DNA of 25,551 bases from IMG/VR virus record IMGVR_UViG_3300017903_001410, positions 1-25,551 of that record; one strand, written 5' to 3'. This document shows, piece after piece, positions 9,201 to 17,044 of this stretch; the stretch's first letter is position 1, and the number at the start of each line of letters is the position of its first letter. The DNA is from a virus. Taxonomy: Duplodnaviria > Caudoviricetes. The translations under genes and the position numbers were made by a program. A model generated the notes under the pieces. That model was given only the letters and a program-made list of their open reading frames with translations, did not search any database and was not told the DNA's origin.

Positions 9201-11367
9201 TGAAGTTTCTATTGCTGGATTTGGATACACCGAATCGCCGTCAGTGGTCATCAAAGGCGTTGGAAACGGCGCTGGAGGGTGCGAAGTAGAGACGTTTATT
9301 GAGATTGATACGCCTGCTGTTAGAATGGGCGTAGCGACCGATTTCGAAGGTCTGACAGAATCTACAACACCAACACATTTTAGATTTGATTACCCCGTAT
9401 ATCTGGAGAATGATTCCGAATATGCATTGGTAATTGAAACTGATTCAACTGATTATGAATTATGGTCTTCTAAATTGGGTGAGGCAGATCTATCTACCAG
9501 TACCGTTATTACTACACAACCATCACTAGGATCTTTGTATAAGTCTCAAAATACTGAAAATTGGACTCAAGATCTTGAGCAAGATCTCAAATTTACTCTA
9601 TATCGCGCCGAGTTTGATATTTCTAGACCTTCAGAACTACTACTAAAGAATGTTAATCTTGGATATGAACTTCTAGAAATGAATCCAATTGAGACGGATG
9701 CTACATCAGAGTCTATTGCTACTTCGAAGTTATTTAAAAATAATAACAGCATTATCAAAATTAATCATAGGGATAATGGATTTGAAGATAGCGGCAATTC
9801 TTATGTATTCTTCAGAGGAGTAGAAGAAACAGGTGCTATTCCTTCAGAAACTTTCAATACCAATTTATTCCAGGTTATGAACTCTGGTGTTGATTCTTAC
9901 AATATCAGAACCATAACTAAAGCGGCAAGAAGTTCTGTTGGCGGTGGTCATGTATATGCTACTTTTAATAGAAAATTTGAAACTCTATATCCACAAGTTC
10001 ATTACTTGACAGTTTCTGGAACTACATTAGACACTTCTGTTAAAACAACTAATATTATTCCAATTGATTCTTCCACTACAAATTATACTTCATACTCACA
10101 GACCGATTTTGAAAAAACTTTCCTCAATGAACCACATTACTTTGATAATCAGAGAGTTATTGCATCTGAAATTAATGAGACTTTAAATAATATTTCGAGA
10201 TCTTTAACTTATAAGATGGAGTTATCATCTACATCATCCCATCTTTCTCCTGTCATTGATTTGTCTAGTGCCTCTGTTAAGACAATATCCAATAGAATTG
10301 AAAATTCAGAGGGTCAAGAAAACAGATATGGCAGAAGAAATCAACTAATTGAATTCTACCCAGTTTATTCGTTCTCATTATCAACAGTAACTCCAGGAGT
10401 TTCTTATCAGAATAATCAAAGCATCAAAGGTAAAGCTTCTGCTGCTAATGGTACTATTGCTAAAGTAGATGGCAATTCAGTTTGGGTAAAACTCAAGACA
10501 AAGCAAGGATTTACTGTTGGAGAAGAACTTGAATTAACTCAATATGCAAATTCTCAATCTGCTCCTGTAGTTACTGTAGGATCTAGTCCTTCTCTTGTAA
10601 CACCAATTATTAATAGTTCAACACAGTCTGCTGCTGGAGAGTCTATTACAATTGTTGCTCGCAATCCAATTGAATCTAAGATTTTAGAAACATATGATAA
10701 TAGAATTACTGGAAAGTCTATCATTTGGAATAGAACAACTAGAGTATTGACTCTCAGAACTGATATTCAACCTATCAATGATGATTATAATGCAAGAATT
10801 ATCGATAGTAATTTGTATTCTAGAGCGAATGAAGTAACAGATCAAATTGCTGATATCTTCCGTGTTGGTGATATTATTTCATATCCAGATCAACCAGATG
10901 ATGAAGCGTTCTTCATGGAAGTAGCAAAAGTAACATATAGTTCTGGTGTTGATTTTGTTGAAGAAGATACTTCCAAGAACAGTTCTTCGATTGCAAAGTA
11001 TGTAACTAAAGAAGTTTATATTACTAATCCCGCAACAGCAATTAATGTTCATCTACTCGCTAATGTCAAGAATGTTACTGATATTGAAGTTCTCTACAAA
11101 TATAAGAGAGCAACGAGTCAGGACAACTTCGAAGATTCTGAATGGTTCTATTTCAATGAAGGAGGGGAACCAGATATTCTAGAGATTGCTGGTGCAGAAA
11201 ATACTATTTCTAGTGTTGTCGAGAAGCAATCTTCATATCAAGACTTTAAATATAGCGTATCTGGTCTTCCAGAGTTTTCTTCATTCGCAATCAAGATTGT
11301 AATGAAGGGTGTTGATCCAGCATATGTTCCTAAGATTCAGGACATTCGTGCAGTTGCTGCTTTCTAA
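3220..11367 (+). CDS. vrlC: VrlC-like / DUF4815-type giant virion structural protein (2715 aa)
   Basis: N-terminus MPQKTNLNVNPYYEDFD...FYKILFRPGYSIQGRELTQVQSILQNQ, internal LARRTFDESGDY, RYTMKDIGKLEKRIERLEYYTTLSILE and DRFKSGFFVDNF, and C-terminal FSSFAIKIVM...PKIQDIRAVA are typical of this family. ATG 3220 is preferred over GTG 3202 because of GGAG at 3212-3215. Confidence 0.85.
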   Translation: MPQKTNLNVNPYYEDFDASRNFYKILFRPGYSIQGRELTQVQSILQNQVESFGKYAFKQGELVIPGEVGLNTKLDYVKLSSVSEVAISEGDDIVYKKYDITQLIGLQLRGLTSGVVANVLSANLATETSSDTLYVSYQNSGNSNAENTFRQGETLEVIDGVNTPLMVVGTDGSVLPTSINVTNPDTGAVASLESPAMGYGSAVKVEEGIYFVNGYFVRNDEQLLVIDEYYNKPSAKVGFTIKEEVITPEEDKSLYDNAIGSSNYTAPGAHRLKISLELKEFALDAITDKNFIQLLTVNRGVVQRKVSPADYSVLEQTLARRTFDESGDYVVQDFSIDIREYAQKDGNRGLYAIDEFGLYNNLSATEASRKMIASIGPGKAYIRGYEIVNKETKYLEINKARESLSSDNVTLKTKGLPTYTITNVFGSVPLNKEGSQLTAYPTVYLYSLFNDGYVGLSNTELDSNYRQTIDRRGKFFDSNIGIKTITLEIVDVNIPISSIIPSDLNDTFSKLWYVKTRAGTNIVSYVDVLSFSKVFKPLKNPGTTEESRFLEVTVSGQKSDLENIFKEYDESSENKNRKLFLTQASALGDEKEGLASTIFANIVDYSETITPVIGTAKPSNFYLQERGNGFNPDSDIIISKGTLSQGGSAYTAKFALSYFDPQFFTRIILESVVPSNSYNVGEYVYGLTSGAYGVVEGAPNGVYSVGKILFIKTLSGKFAPGETIRDEAGNLVKIAKENTISHFIVQERGLGYPSTSTIEIDGVGYQQSQVELGFNGQGIYRVDIIDRVSVDAEFTKPPIITINSGETTPTTSAVIIPVLNRNTVITYTPQNVKSFGSSYGSGGINTFTADTVVDDREFANISSVTDFTFFGSKGTKFLESTSFSADASSIVQQGDLIQFSDASNNVIRAIVQYATQQKGSAKTRIYIDETLYDDVTSTSIVLLRPQINNPNAGTLLFPTGSKQIQQISAGSDDTKIKYYFRRDFVTAGSTGGGIITFAAQLPFGTQRFTTFNESNYIITVLNKNSADLVEDGDIVYIDEDNVEVTSATDTASGLTSGSITFQLPSSYFNTNFDNVENYVAPELKLTATLEVSNAKPRLKTAIKNKRIVVDSAGDRVIPFRGTDYDSNVVETLSFSDAYRLRYVYEGTSTQPPEIDSAGNLVSGTDVTNRFTFDNGQRDTIYDVSRIVLKPGFDATVGQIVIAFDYFEHSQGDFVTIDSYLHEAGVLEDEIPTFNSSSLGNIELKNVIDFRPKVNSSTIVAGYQDTSTLEVTTSNFTGPGSVVAATPAPDLNLEYTFSFSQIQYLDRIDGIFLNKKGEFIVKEGNSSLNPSKPDPVKDAVPLFYAYIPAYTTSSKDVRITPVEHKRYTMKDIGKLEKRIERLEYYTTLSILEQQALNMQVKDEIGLDRFKSGFFVDNFETHGIGNLVSADYKCAIDSRQSVLRPQSKEDSILLEEVNTRQDQRSVAGYQRTGDLVTLPYSNLKLLGNDFASKTINPNPFVVFQYVGEGSVSPQIDQWYDQTVEPLVIDTNTSLFDIFIAKDDTRESFSSLFNSFIVNWVGTSSAFTSINSLGETNTSLAKSSVKSASVGSSSNISPQNNELGKGVQTKSVGENVVSTSLQFFSRTRPIKFVIGRLKPLTKVSVFLEGRNINRWVNPDLRFTGLAGNSLSAFNGEIVTDENGNASGLILLPAGYAPRENATWTGDVDTVEYDTSSEELRFTSGELTFRFTSSSTNEDKANVDTYAEIKYYASGILPQNPSSIVSTKPSYFKSNEGVQFVESNTDNPLRPNPLAQVFKVENFEGGVFVTGADLYFKTKSENIPVRVYMTNVDFDKPAKNIVPGTEKTLTPETYLKCFSSGNISVTKGEYVVGTSSAASGPISRVIDKNGVELTPTSTGIYALTNEQVYTLVLKNHNGRSFLQNELLEVPSLTLANATGGTELTLSIAKDSGKLSDIRITNPGQNYDSAVLTIESPQLPGGSVATAKINVSNGQIYNAEVSIAGFGYTESPSVVIKGVGNGAGGCEVETFIEIDTPAVRMGVATDFEGLTESTTPTHFRFDYPVYLENDSEYALVIETDSTDYELWSSKLGEADLSTSTVITTQPSLGSLYKSQNTENWTQDLEQDLKFTLYRAEFDISRPSELLLKNVNLGYELLEMNPIETDATSESIATSKLFKNNNSIIKINHRDNGFEDSGNSYVFFRGVEETGAIPSETFNTNLFQVMNSGVDSYNIRTITKAARSSVGGGHVYATFNRKFETLYPQVHYLTVSGTTLDTSVKTTNIIPIDSSTTNYTSYSQTDFEKTFLNEPHYFDNQRVIASEINETLNNISRSLTYKMELSSTSSHLSPVIDLSSASVKTISNRIENSEGQENRYGRRNQLIEFYPVYSFSLSTVTPGVSYQNNQSIKGKASAANGTIAKVDGNSVWVKLKTKQGFTVGEELELTQYANSQSAPVVTVGSSPSLVTPIINSSTQSAAGESITIVARNPIESKILETYDNRITGKSIIWNRTTRVLTLRTDIQPINDDYNARIIDSNLYSRANEVTDQIADIFRVGDIISYPDQPDDEAFFMEVAKVTYSSGVDFVEEDTSKNSSSIAKYVTKEVYITNPATAINVHLLANVKNVTDIEVLYKYKRATSQDNFEDSEWFYFNEGGEPDILEIAGAENTISSVVEKQSSYQDFKYSVSGLPEFSSFAIKIVMKGVDPAYVPKIQDIRAVAAF

Positions 11368-11376
11368 TTTCCGCGT

Positions 11377-11583
11377 ATGAGTTACATCAAAGTTAAAGGG
11401 TATGATGGTCTCGTTAGGGACGAGACCACAGGTGCCATCTTGAATCATGACAGTTCTGCTATTGAAGCAAGACGTAAACTAAAACACTTAAATTCCGCGT
11501 TGGAAGACATAAATATGTTGAAGGATGAAGTCTCTGAAATTAAATCCCTACTTAGAGAGTTAATAAGAAATGCCAGCAATTAG
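11377..11583 (+). CDS. Small hypothetical protein with C-terminal coiled coil (68 aa)
   Basis: Fills the gap between two large genes, starts 9 nt after the upstream stop and overlaps the next start by 14 nt. KVKG..LVRDETTGAILN is followed by heptad-like LEDINMLKDEVSEIKSLLRELI. Confidence 0.8.
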   Translation: MSYIKVKGYDGLVRDETTGAILNHDSSAIEARRKLKHLNSALEDINMLKDEVSEIKSLLRELIRNASN

Positions 11584-14500
11584 TGTAGCAAGAACTGATA
11601 CTTTTGAGCAGCAAAGACTCAAAATTAATCAAATTGGAGATCAAATTTTTAATGTTACTGCTGGTGGCAGTGATCTTTCAACTGGTAATTTGAAACTAGG
11701 CGATGGTACGCTATCAAATCCATCACTAGGTTTTGTTAATGAACCTTCTCTTGGTTTGTACAGACCAGAACTAGGCGTTATCGCTTATGTCTCATCAAAC
11801 AAGTTAATCTACTCACTGTCACAATCAGGATTTATTAACTATAGAGATTTTACTGTTAGACAAAACCAACTGCAAGATACTGGCATTGCTATTCTTAATA
11901 GCGGTGCAAATTATGATCCAGGATCATATTCAAATATCCCACTAACAGGTGGTACTGGCGAAAATGGTACTGCCGATATTACTGTCATTCCATTTAACGG
12001 AACTGAGAATCAAGGAGCAGACTACTCTGCAGGTTCGTTCTCATCTATTCCTTTAGTTGGTGGATCTACAACAACTAGAAGTATAGTCAGTTTCGAAGTA
12101 GAAAATATTGTTTTTGATATTACCGATGCTGGATCGGGATATACTGACGGAACATATCAAAATGTTCCACTTACAAATGTCAGTGGATCTGGTACGAATG
12201 CTGAAGCAGAGATCACGATTTCTGGTGGATTTGCTTTCAATGGAACTATTACAGGTGGCAGTGGATACTCCGATGGAAATTATTTTTCAATTCCATTATA
12301 TACCCAACCAGTTCAAACTTTTGTAGTAACTGTTACTGGTGATGGTGTAGGAACTCCATTTGAATATGATGTAGATGGTTCTTCGGCACCAGCATTAACT
12401 CTTGTTCCAGGAAATACTTACAGATTTGATACTTCAGATTCGTCCAACCAAAATCATTCTCTATATCTAAGAGGATCTGGAGGTGGAGTATTACCATCAG
12501 GTATTAGAACAACTTCAGTTAGTACATCAGGAAATCCAGGATCGTTTTTTGAAGTTATCGTAGATCCCGCATATTCTGGTGGATCAGTAGAATATTCTTG
12601 TGTTTTCCACCAAACCATGGGCGGAGATATCAACTTTACTGCTGGTGCTGCAGGTTCGTATGGTTATGGAGCAACTGCAGATATTGATGTATCTGGAGGA
12701 GCTGTAACTTCTCTGACGTTTGATCTTACAGGAACAGATATTAGAGCAGGTGACGTTTTAGAAGTTTCCCAAGTAGATATTGGTGCGGGAACAGGATTTG
12801 AATTTACAATCAACAGCATTGACAATAATGGTACTGTTGTATTTGTACAAGTAACCACTATAGGACAAAATTATGCTAATGGTGATATACTGTCTTTCAA
12901 TCCAGCAGACGTTGGAGGAACTGGATCTGGAGCAGAATTAACAATTACCTCGAACCCAGGTCAGATTACTAATTTCTCATTTGATTCTCAAGCTTCTGAT
13001 TACACCCAGGGAGATGTATTAACTCTACCAGGACCACTAACAGGTGTTACAACTACTTTATCTGGAACTGATGGAGGATTAGGAACACCATCAACAACTT
13101 TTACAGTTGCGGATGTATCAAATATTATTAATGGTTCAGTAGTAACTCAAACTGCTGGCACTGGAGCACTTAATGGTCTTCAAGATACATTAGTCACAGC
13201 AGTAGATTATGATAATAACACAGTTACTGTCGATGTTGATCCAGATACATCAGGATCAGCAACTCTGACATTCACACCTCCATATGGTGATGCTACTACA
13301 GATTTCACATTTACTATTGATAACGTAGGTCCTATTGATTCGGTATCTATTTCAAATCCTGGCGTTGGATATTTTGTTGGAGACGTTCTATCAGTAAATG
13401 CTCTTAATTTAGTTCAACCAATTACATATTATGTAAGAGCAATTCAAGTCCAGCATTTAAGTTTTGCTGCAGCAACTATACCAGCAGGAACATTTAGTGT
13501 TGGTGATGGATTTAAATTTCCTGACGGAACTCCAACATCAGTTACAATTTCCACTTCATCTACTGTTATATCTGGCGCTGATACAACATACCCAAATGTA
13601 AGTGCATCTGGAACTTCTGGCAATGGATCTGGAGAAACATTTACAATTACCAGAGACTCAAATGGTGAGGTAACTAGTGCAGTTCCAGATCAAGCTGGAT
13701 TTTTCTACGAAACAGGCGACACAGTAACTATTCCTGGTGCAGATGTTGGTGGATCAACTCCAGCAGATAATATTGTATTGACAATTGATTTTGTTACTGA
13801 AAATACTGTAGCAGAAGTATATTCTGTAATTGAATCTGGAGGATTTACAGAGAAAGCTATTGTTGCAGATGGAGCAGGATTTGGTGATCTATCTAGTTTT
13901 GTAGTTGATGGAACAGTCAATCCCCAATATGTAGTTGCTTCAGCAACTACTTCTGGAGACAAGATTGCTTATTCACTTTCGTTAGTTGCTGGTGTAGATA
14001 ATGTATTGCCCAATCTAACTTTACTATCTGGAAACACTTATAATTTTGATACTAGCGACTCTTCAAATTCATCATACAATTTCAACTTATCAAAATTCCC
14101 TGGTGGATCTTGGGGAACATCTCTTGTTGAAAATGTATCTACAACAGTAGATCTTAGTGTAGCATCTACTACAGTAACAGTTGCTAGCACAACTGGCATT
14201 GTTGCTGACATGGAAGTTTTTGTTGATTCTGGAACTGGAGTTCTTGCAACAGGAACAACAGTTGTCAGTGTAGATAGTTCAACAACACTTACTCTAAGCA
14301 CATCTCCTACTACCAATGGAGATGCTGTTCTAACATTCAGAGGAGCACCGTTTGAAGATGGCGTTTCATTGAATGCTGGTGTTATCACCATTCAAGTATC
14401 AGATACTACACCAACTCTATATTACTATAATAGTAATCAATCATCAACTAATAATGCTGATGCTGGAGGACTCCCAGGAAATGAAGCGACACTGAGTGTA

Positions 14501-16495
14501 GATACAAATAACCCTAAAGTATTTGGATCTGGATTTGAACTTTCTGTATCTGGCATCAATAGTGTTGATATTATTGGTTTAAACGTAACTACTGGTGTTG
14601 CTACTTCACAAACTGTCAATACAACAACTGTTAATGCCACCTCTGTTAATGCATCAACTTCCGTAACTACGGATCAAATAACAGCAAATACATTATCAGT
14701 TAGCACAATCTCAAGTACAAACTTGAATATTACTGGAGCTAGTGCATCTTTTGGTGGTGATGTAACAGTTGGTGCTATCACTTTAGCAAATACTTCTGGA
14801 AATATTTCTACTTCAGGCAATGTTACAACTACAAGTTCTTTTAATAGCAACAATCAATTATACATTCAAGATAATGAAATAAAGACATTTGCTGGATATG
14901 ATCTTGAGTTAGTTCCTTTCTCAAATCAAATTGTCAAGGTAGATACAAATACAGCACTTGTAATTCCTTCTGGCAACACTTCAGAAAGACCTCTATCTCT
15001 TGCTCAGAATGGAGCAATTAGATTTAACACAGAAACTAATCAATATGAAGGTTACAGTGCTAATTCCACATCATGGTCTTCTCTCGGTGGAGTCAGAGAC
15101 CTAGATGGCAACACATATATTCTAGCAGAGGCATCTGTCGGTGCCAATGATAACACATTGTATTTTTACAATGATGGCATCAACACTCTAAAATTAACAC
15201 CATCTGAATTAGATTTCCAGAGTGTTAAAACTCTTAGTTCTACAAAGACAGGTTTGCCATCATATGTTACTTTTACAGCAAATACTCCATATAATGTAGG
15301 CGATTACATTAGATTTGGCAACAACTTGTATGAGGTTACTCAAGCAGGTACATCTGGAACTTCTGGTCCAACGCATACAACAGGAACTGAATCAAACGGA
15401 TCTGATACTCTACTTCTTCTTTGGTATTCTCTAGCAGTTGATGCTATTAAGTTTGAATCTGTGAGAGAAGTACAGATTGATAATTCAGGTACTTCTCCAC
15501 TGATTGTTAATAATGAACTTCTTCTACAAGAAAATAAAGTTACTACAAAAGTTTCTGATTTGGTTCTACAACCAAACAGTGGTAAGAAAACTGTAGTAAG
15601 TTCTTCCACTTCTCTTGTTCTACCAACAGGTAGTTCCTTAGACAGAGGAGTAGAAGTTCAGGGTGCTATTAGATTCAGCACTAGTGATAATCAGTTTGAA
15701 GGTTATGATGGTAATAATTGGGGATCTCTTGGTGGTGTCAAGGACGTTGATCAAAATACTTATATTATTCCAGAAACTGCTCCTGGTGCAAATGAAAACA
15801 TTTTATATTTCTACAACGATGGTGACAATACAGTACAATTAACTACAGGATTCTTAGATTTCTATTCAGTTGATACTATTAGATCCGTTACTAGTGATGA
15901 ACTAGAAGTAACTGCATCATTACTAACAATTGATCAGGCATCTACCACAATTGATAACACTGCTGTAGATACTACATTCCTTCATAGTTCAAAGCAATAT
16001 TTTGATATTGGTCTTTCTGCAGGTATTAATGTTGATCCTGTATTGAGACTTGATAATCAAGGAGATGTTTTCTTAAACGTTGGTTTTGGAACAGGAACAT
16101 TTGATGGTGTTAAGATCTTTGATGGAGATCTCAAAGAATTCGAACTTGCCGATATTAAAATTGTTACTGACAAACTAGTTCTAACAAAAGGAACGGTTAA
16201 TAATGGAAACTCAGATCTATATAATACAACTACAGCGTCTGGTTGTAAGACCACAGTAGTTGCTGAGAATCCTACCACAGGTGAAAGAGAATTTATTGAG
16301 TTTGGAATTTTAGATAATGGTACTGATGTTTATCATACAGAGTATGGAAATGTTAGAACAGGAATTAATCTAATTATTCCTACATTTGAATTGACTACTG
16401 GTGGATTGGCGAGGATTAATATTGAGATAGGTGCCGATGTCAATCCAACAGAAACAGTTAATGTTACATTTGCGTCAAACGTTACTAAGAAATAA
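11570..16495 (+). CDS. Modular fibre-like virion structural protein (1641 aa) with GxGY beta modules, cupredoxin-like domains, a CBM-like module and a duplicated C-terminal module
   Basis: G/T/S/V-rich. N-terminal TDTFEQQRLKINQI segment, repeated GSGY/GDxL motifs, H...CVFHQTM, two GAIRFxT..NQxEGY..W.SLGGV.D.D.NTYI units and C-terminal DNGTDVYHTEYG. Confidence 0.8.
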   Translation: MPAISVARTDTFEQQRLKINQIGDQIFNVTAGGSDLSTGNLKLGDGTLSNPSLGFVNEPSLGLYRPELGVIAYVSSNKLIYSLSQSGFINYRDFTVRQNQLQDTGIAILNSGANYDPGSYSNIPLTGGTGENGTADITVIPFNGTENQGADYSAGSFSSIPLVGGSTTTRSIVSFEVENIVFDITDAGSGYTDGTYQNVPLTNVSGSGTNAEAEITISGGFAFNGTITGGSGYSDGNYFSIPLYTQPVQTFVVTVTGDGVGTPFEYDVDGSSAPALTLVPGNTYRFDTSDSSNQNHSLYLRGSGGGVLPSGIRTTSVSTSGNPGSFFEVIVDPAYSGGSVEYSCVFHQTMGGDINFTAGAAGSYGYGATADIDVSGGAVTSLTFDLTGTDIRAGDVLEVSQVDIGAGTGFEFTINSIDNNGTVVFVQVTTIGQNYANGDILSFNPADVGGTGSGAELTITSNPGQITNFSFDSQASDYTQGDVLTLPGPLTGVTTTLSGTDGGLGTPSTTFTVADVSNIINGSVVTQTAGTGALNGLQDTLVTAVDYDNNTVTVDVDPDTSGSATLTFTPPYGDATTDFTFTIDNVGPIDSVSISNPGVGYFVGDVLSVNALNLVQPITYYVRAIQVQHLSFAAATIPAGTFSVGDGFKFPDGTPTSVTISTSSTVISGADTTYPNVSASGTSGNGSGETFTITRDSNGEVTSAVPDQAGFFYETGDTVTIPGADVGGSTPADNIVLTIDFVTENTVAEVYSVIESGGFTEKAIVADGAGFGDLSSFVVDGTVNPQYVVASATTSGDKIAYSLSLVAGVDNVLPNLTLLSGNTYNFDTSDSSNSSYNFNLSKFPGGSWGTSLVENVSTTVDLSVASTTVTVASTTGIVADMEVFVDSGTGVLATGTTVVSVDSSTTLTLSTSPTTNGDAVLTFRGAPFEDGVSLNAGVITIQVSDTTPTLYYYNSNQSSTNNADAGGLPGNEATLSVDTNNPKVFGSGFELSVSGINSVDIIGLNVTTGVATSQTVNTTTVNATSVNASTSVTTDQITANTLSVSTISSTNLNITGASASFGGDVTVGAITLANTSGNISTSGNVTTTSSFNSNNQLYIQDNEIKTFAGYDLELVPFSNQIVKVDTNTALVIPSGNTSERPLSLAQNGAIRFNTETNQYEGYSANSTSWSSLGGVRDLDGNTYILAEASVGANDNTLYFYNDGINTLKLTPSELDFQSVKTLSSTKTGLPSYVTFTANTPYNVGDYIRFGNNLYEVTQAGTSGTSGPTHTTGTESNGSDTLLLLWYSLAVDAIKFESVREVQIDNSGTSPLIVNNELLLQENKVTTKVSDLVLQPNSGKKTVVSSSTSLVLPTGSSLDRGVEVQGAIRFSTSDNQFEGYDGNNWGSLGGVKDVDQNTYIIPETAPGANENILYFYNDGDNTVQLTTGFLDFYSVDTIRSVTSDELEVTASLLTIDQASTTIDNTAVDTTFLHSSKQYFDIGLSAGINVDPVLRLDNQGDVFLNVGFGTGTFDGVKIFDGDLKEFELADIKIVTDKLVLTKGTVNNGNSDLYNTTTASGCKTTVVAENPTTGEREFIEFGILDNGTDVYHTEYGNVRTGINLIIPTFELTTGGLARINIEIGADVNPTETVNVTFASNVTKK
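14849..15886 (+). repeat. Two diverged copies of a roughly 130-aa protein module (about 14849-15241 and 15509-15886)
   Basis: ALVIPSGNTSERP...GAIRFNTETNQYEGY...WSSLGGVRDLDGNTYILAE...GANDNTLYFYNDG versus SLVLPTGSSLDRG...GAIRFSTSDNQFEGY...WGSLGGVKDVDQNTYIIPE...GANENILYFYNDG. Confidence 0.9.
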
Positions 16496-16497
16496 AA

Positions 16498-16998
16498 ATG
16501 GCAACTTTCAAAGAAAAACTTGACTCAGCTGGTGGATTTTCTATTGGAAAAACTACAGTTGTTGATGAACTAAGAAATGCTAAAGATTTGAATTCTTTAG
16601 AGATCAAAAATTCAGAATATACAGATAGTAGAAATACTCATTTTATTCTGAGAGGTTTGAATACAGCAATTCTTCAACTCGACCAAGTTGGAACACAGAT
16701 AACAATTGAAAACAATACTGTCAATTTTATCACTGGGCATATTATGGCGTCAAATCCACAGGGCGTTGTATATTGTGAAAAGATTGAGAGCACTGTATTC
16801 TGTGATGCTGTCGGCGCAGTCACAGTTCTTTCTAGTATGAATACGGTAATCAAAGATGATATCCCATCAGGTCAAACATGGAGTGTTGTTCCACTAGGAT
16901 CATCAAATAGATTTAGTTATTCTACCACAAGAGCAGGTACAACTAACGTAATTAAATGGATTGCTTCTACTCAAGTAGTCAGTGTTGATTGGCAGTAG
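16498..16998 (+). CDS. Putative virion structural protein (166 aa)
   Basis: Starts 2 nt after the upstream stop, shows the same codon style, and lies between two fibre-like genes. Function is inferred from context. Confidence 0.7.
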   Translation: MATFKEKLDSAGGFSIGKTTVVDELRNAKDLNSLEIKNSEYTDSRNTHFILRGLNTAILQLDQVGTQITIENNTVNFITGHIMASNPQGVVYCEKIESTVFCDAVGAVTVLSSMNTVIKDDIPSGQTWSVVPLGSSNRFSYSTTRAGTTNVIKWIASTQVVSVDWQ

Positions 16999-16999
16999 T

Positions 17000-17007
17000 G
17001 CTAAATA
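17000..17007 (+). promoter_or_regulatory. Variant late promoter (GCTAAATA) upstream of the giant fibre gene
   Basis: CTAAATA at 17001-17007 in the 46-nt intergenic gap, with GGAG at 17029-17032 and ATG at 17045. Confidence 0.65.
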
Positions 17008-17044
17008 TAAAAGAGGATAAACGGGTCAGGAGCTAGACAGCACC

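Noticed and set aside
1977-9758. 60-83-aa alternative-frame ORFs within gp8 and the VrlC-type gene
   Set aside because: Short, fully nested in well-supported genes, and of lengths expected by chance.
12664-16278. Minus-strand ORFs of 64-117 aa opposite the 1641-aa gene
   Set aside because: Antisense shadows of the codon-biased + strand gene. They are Pro/Val/Ser/Thr-rich mirror translations with no recognisable motifs.
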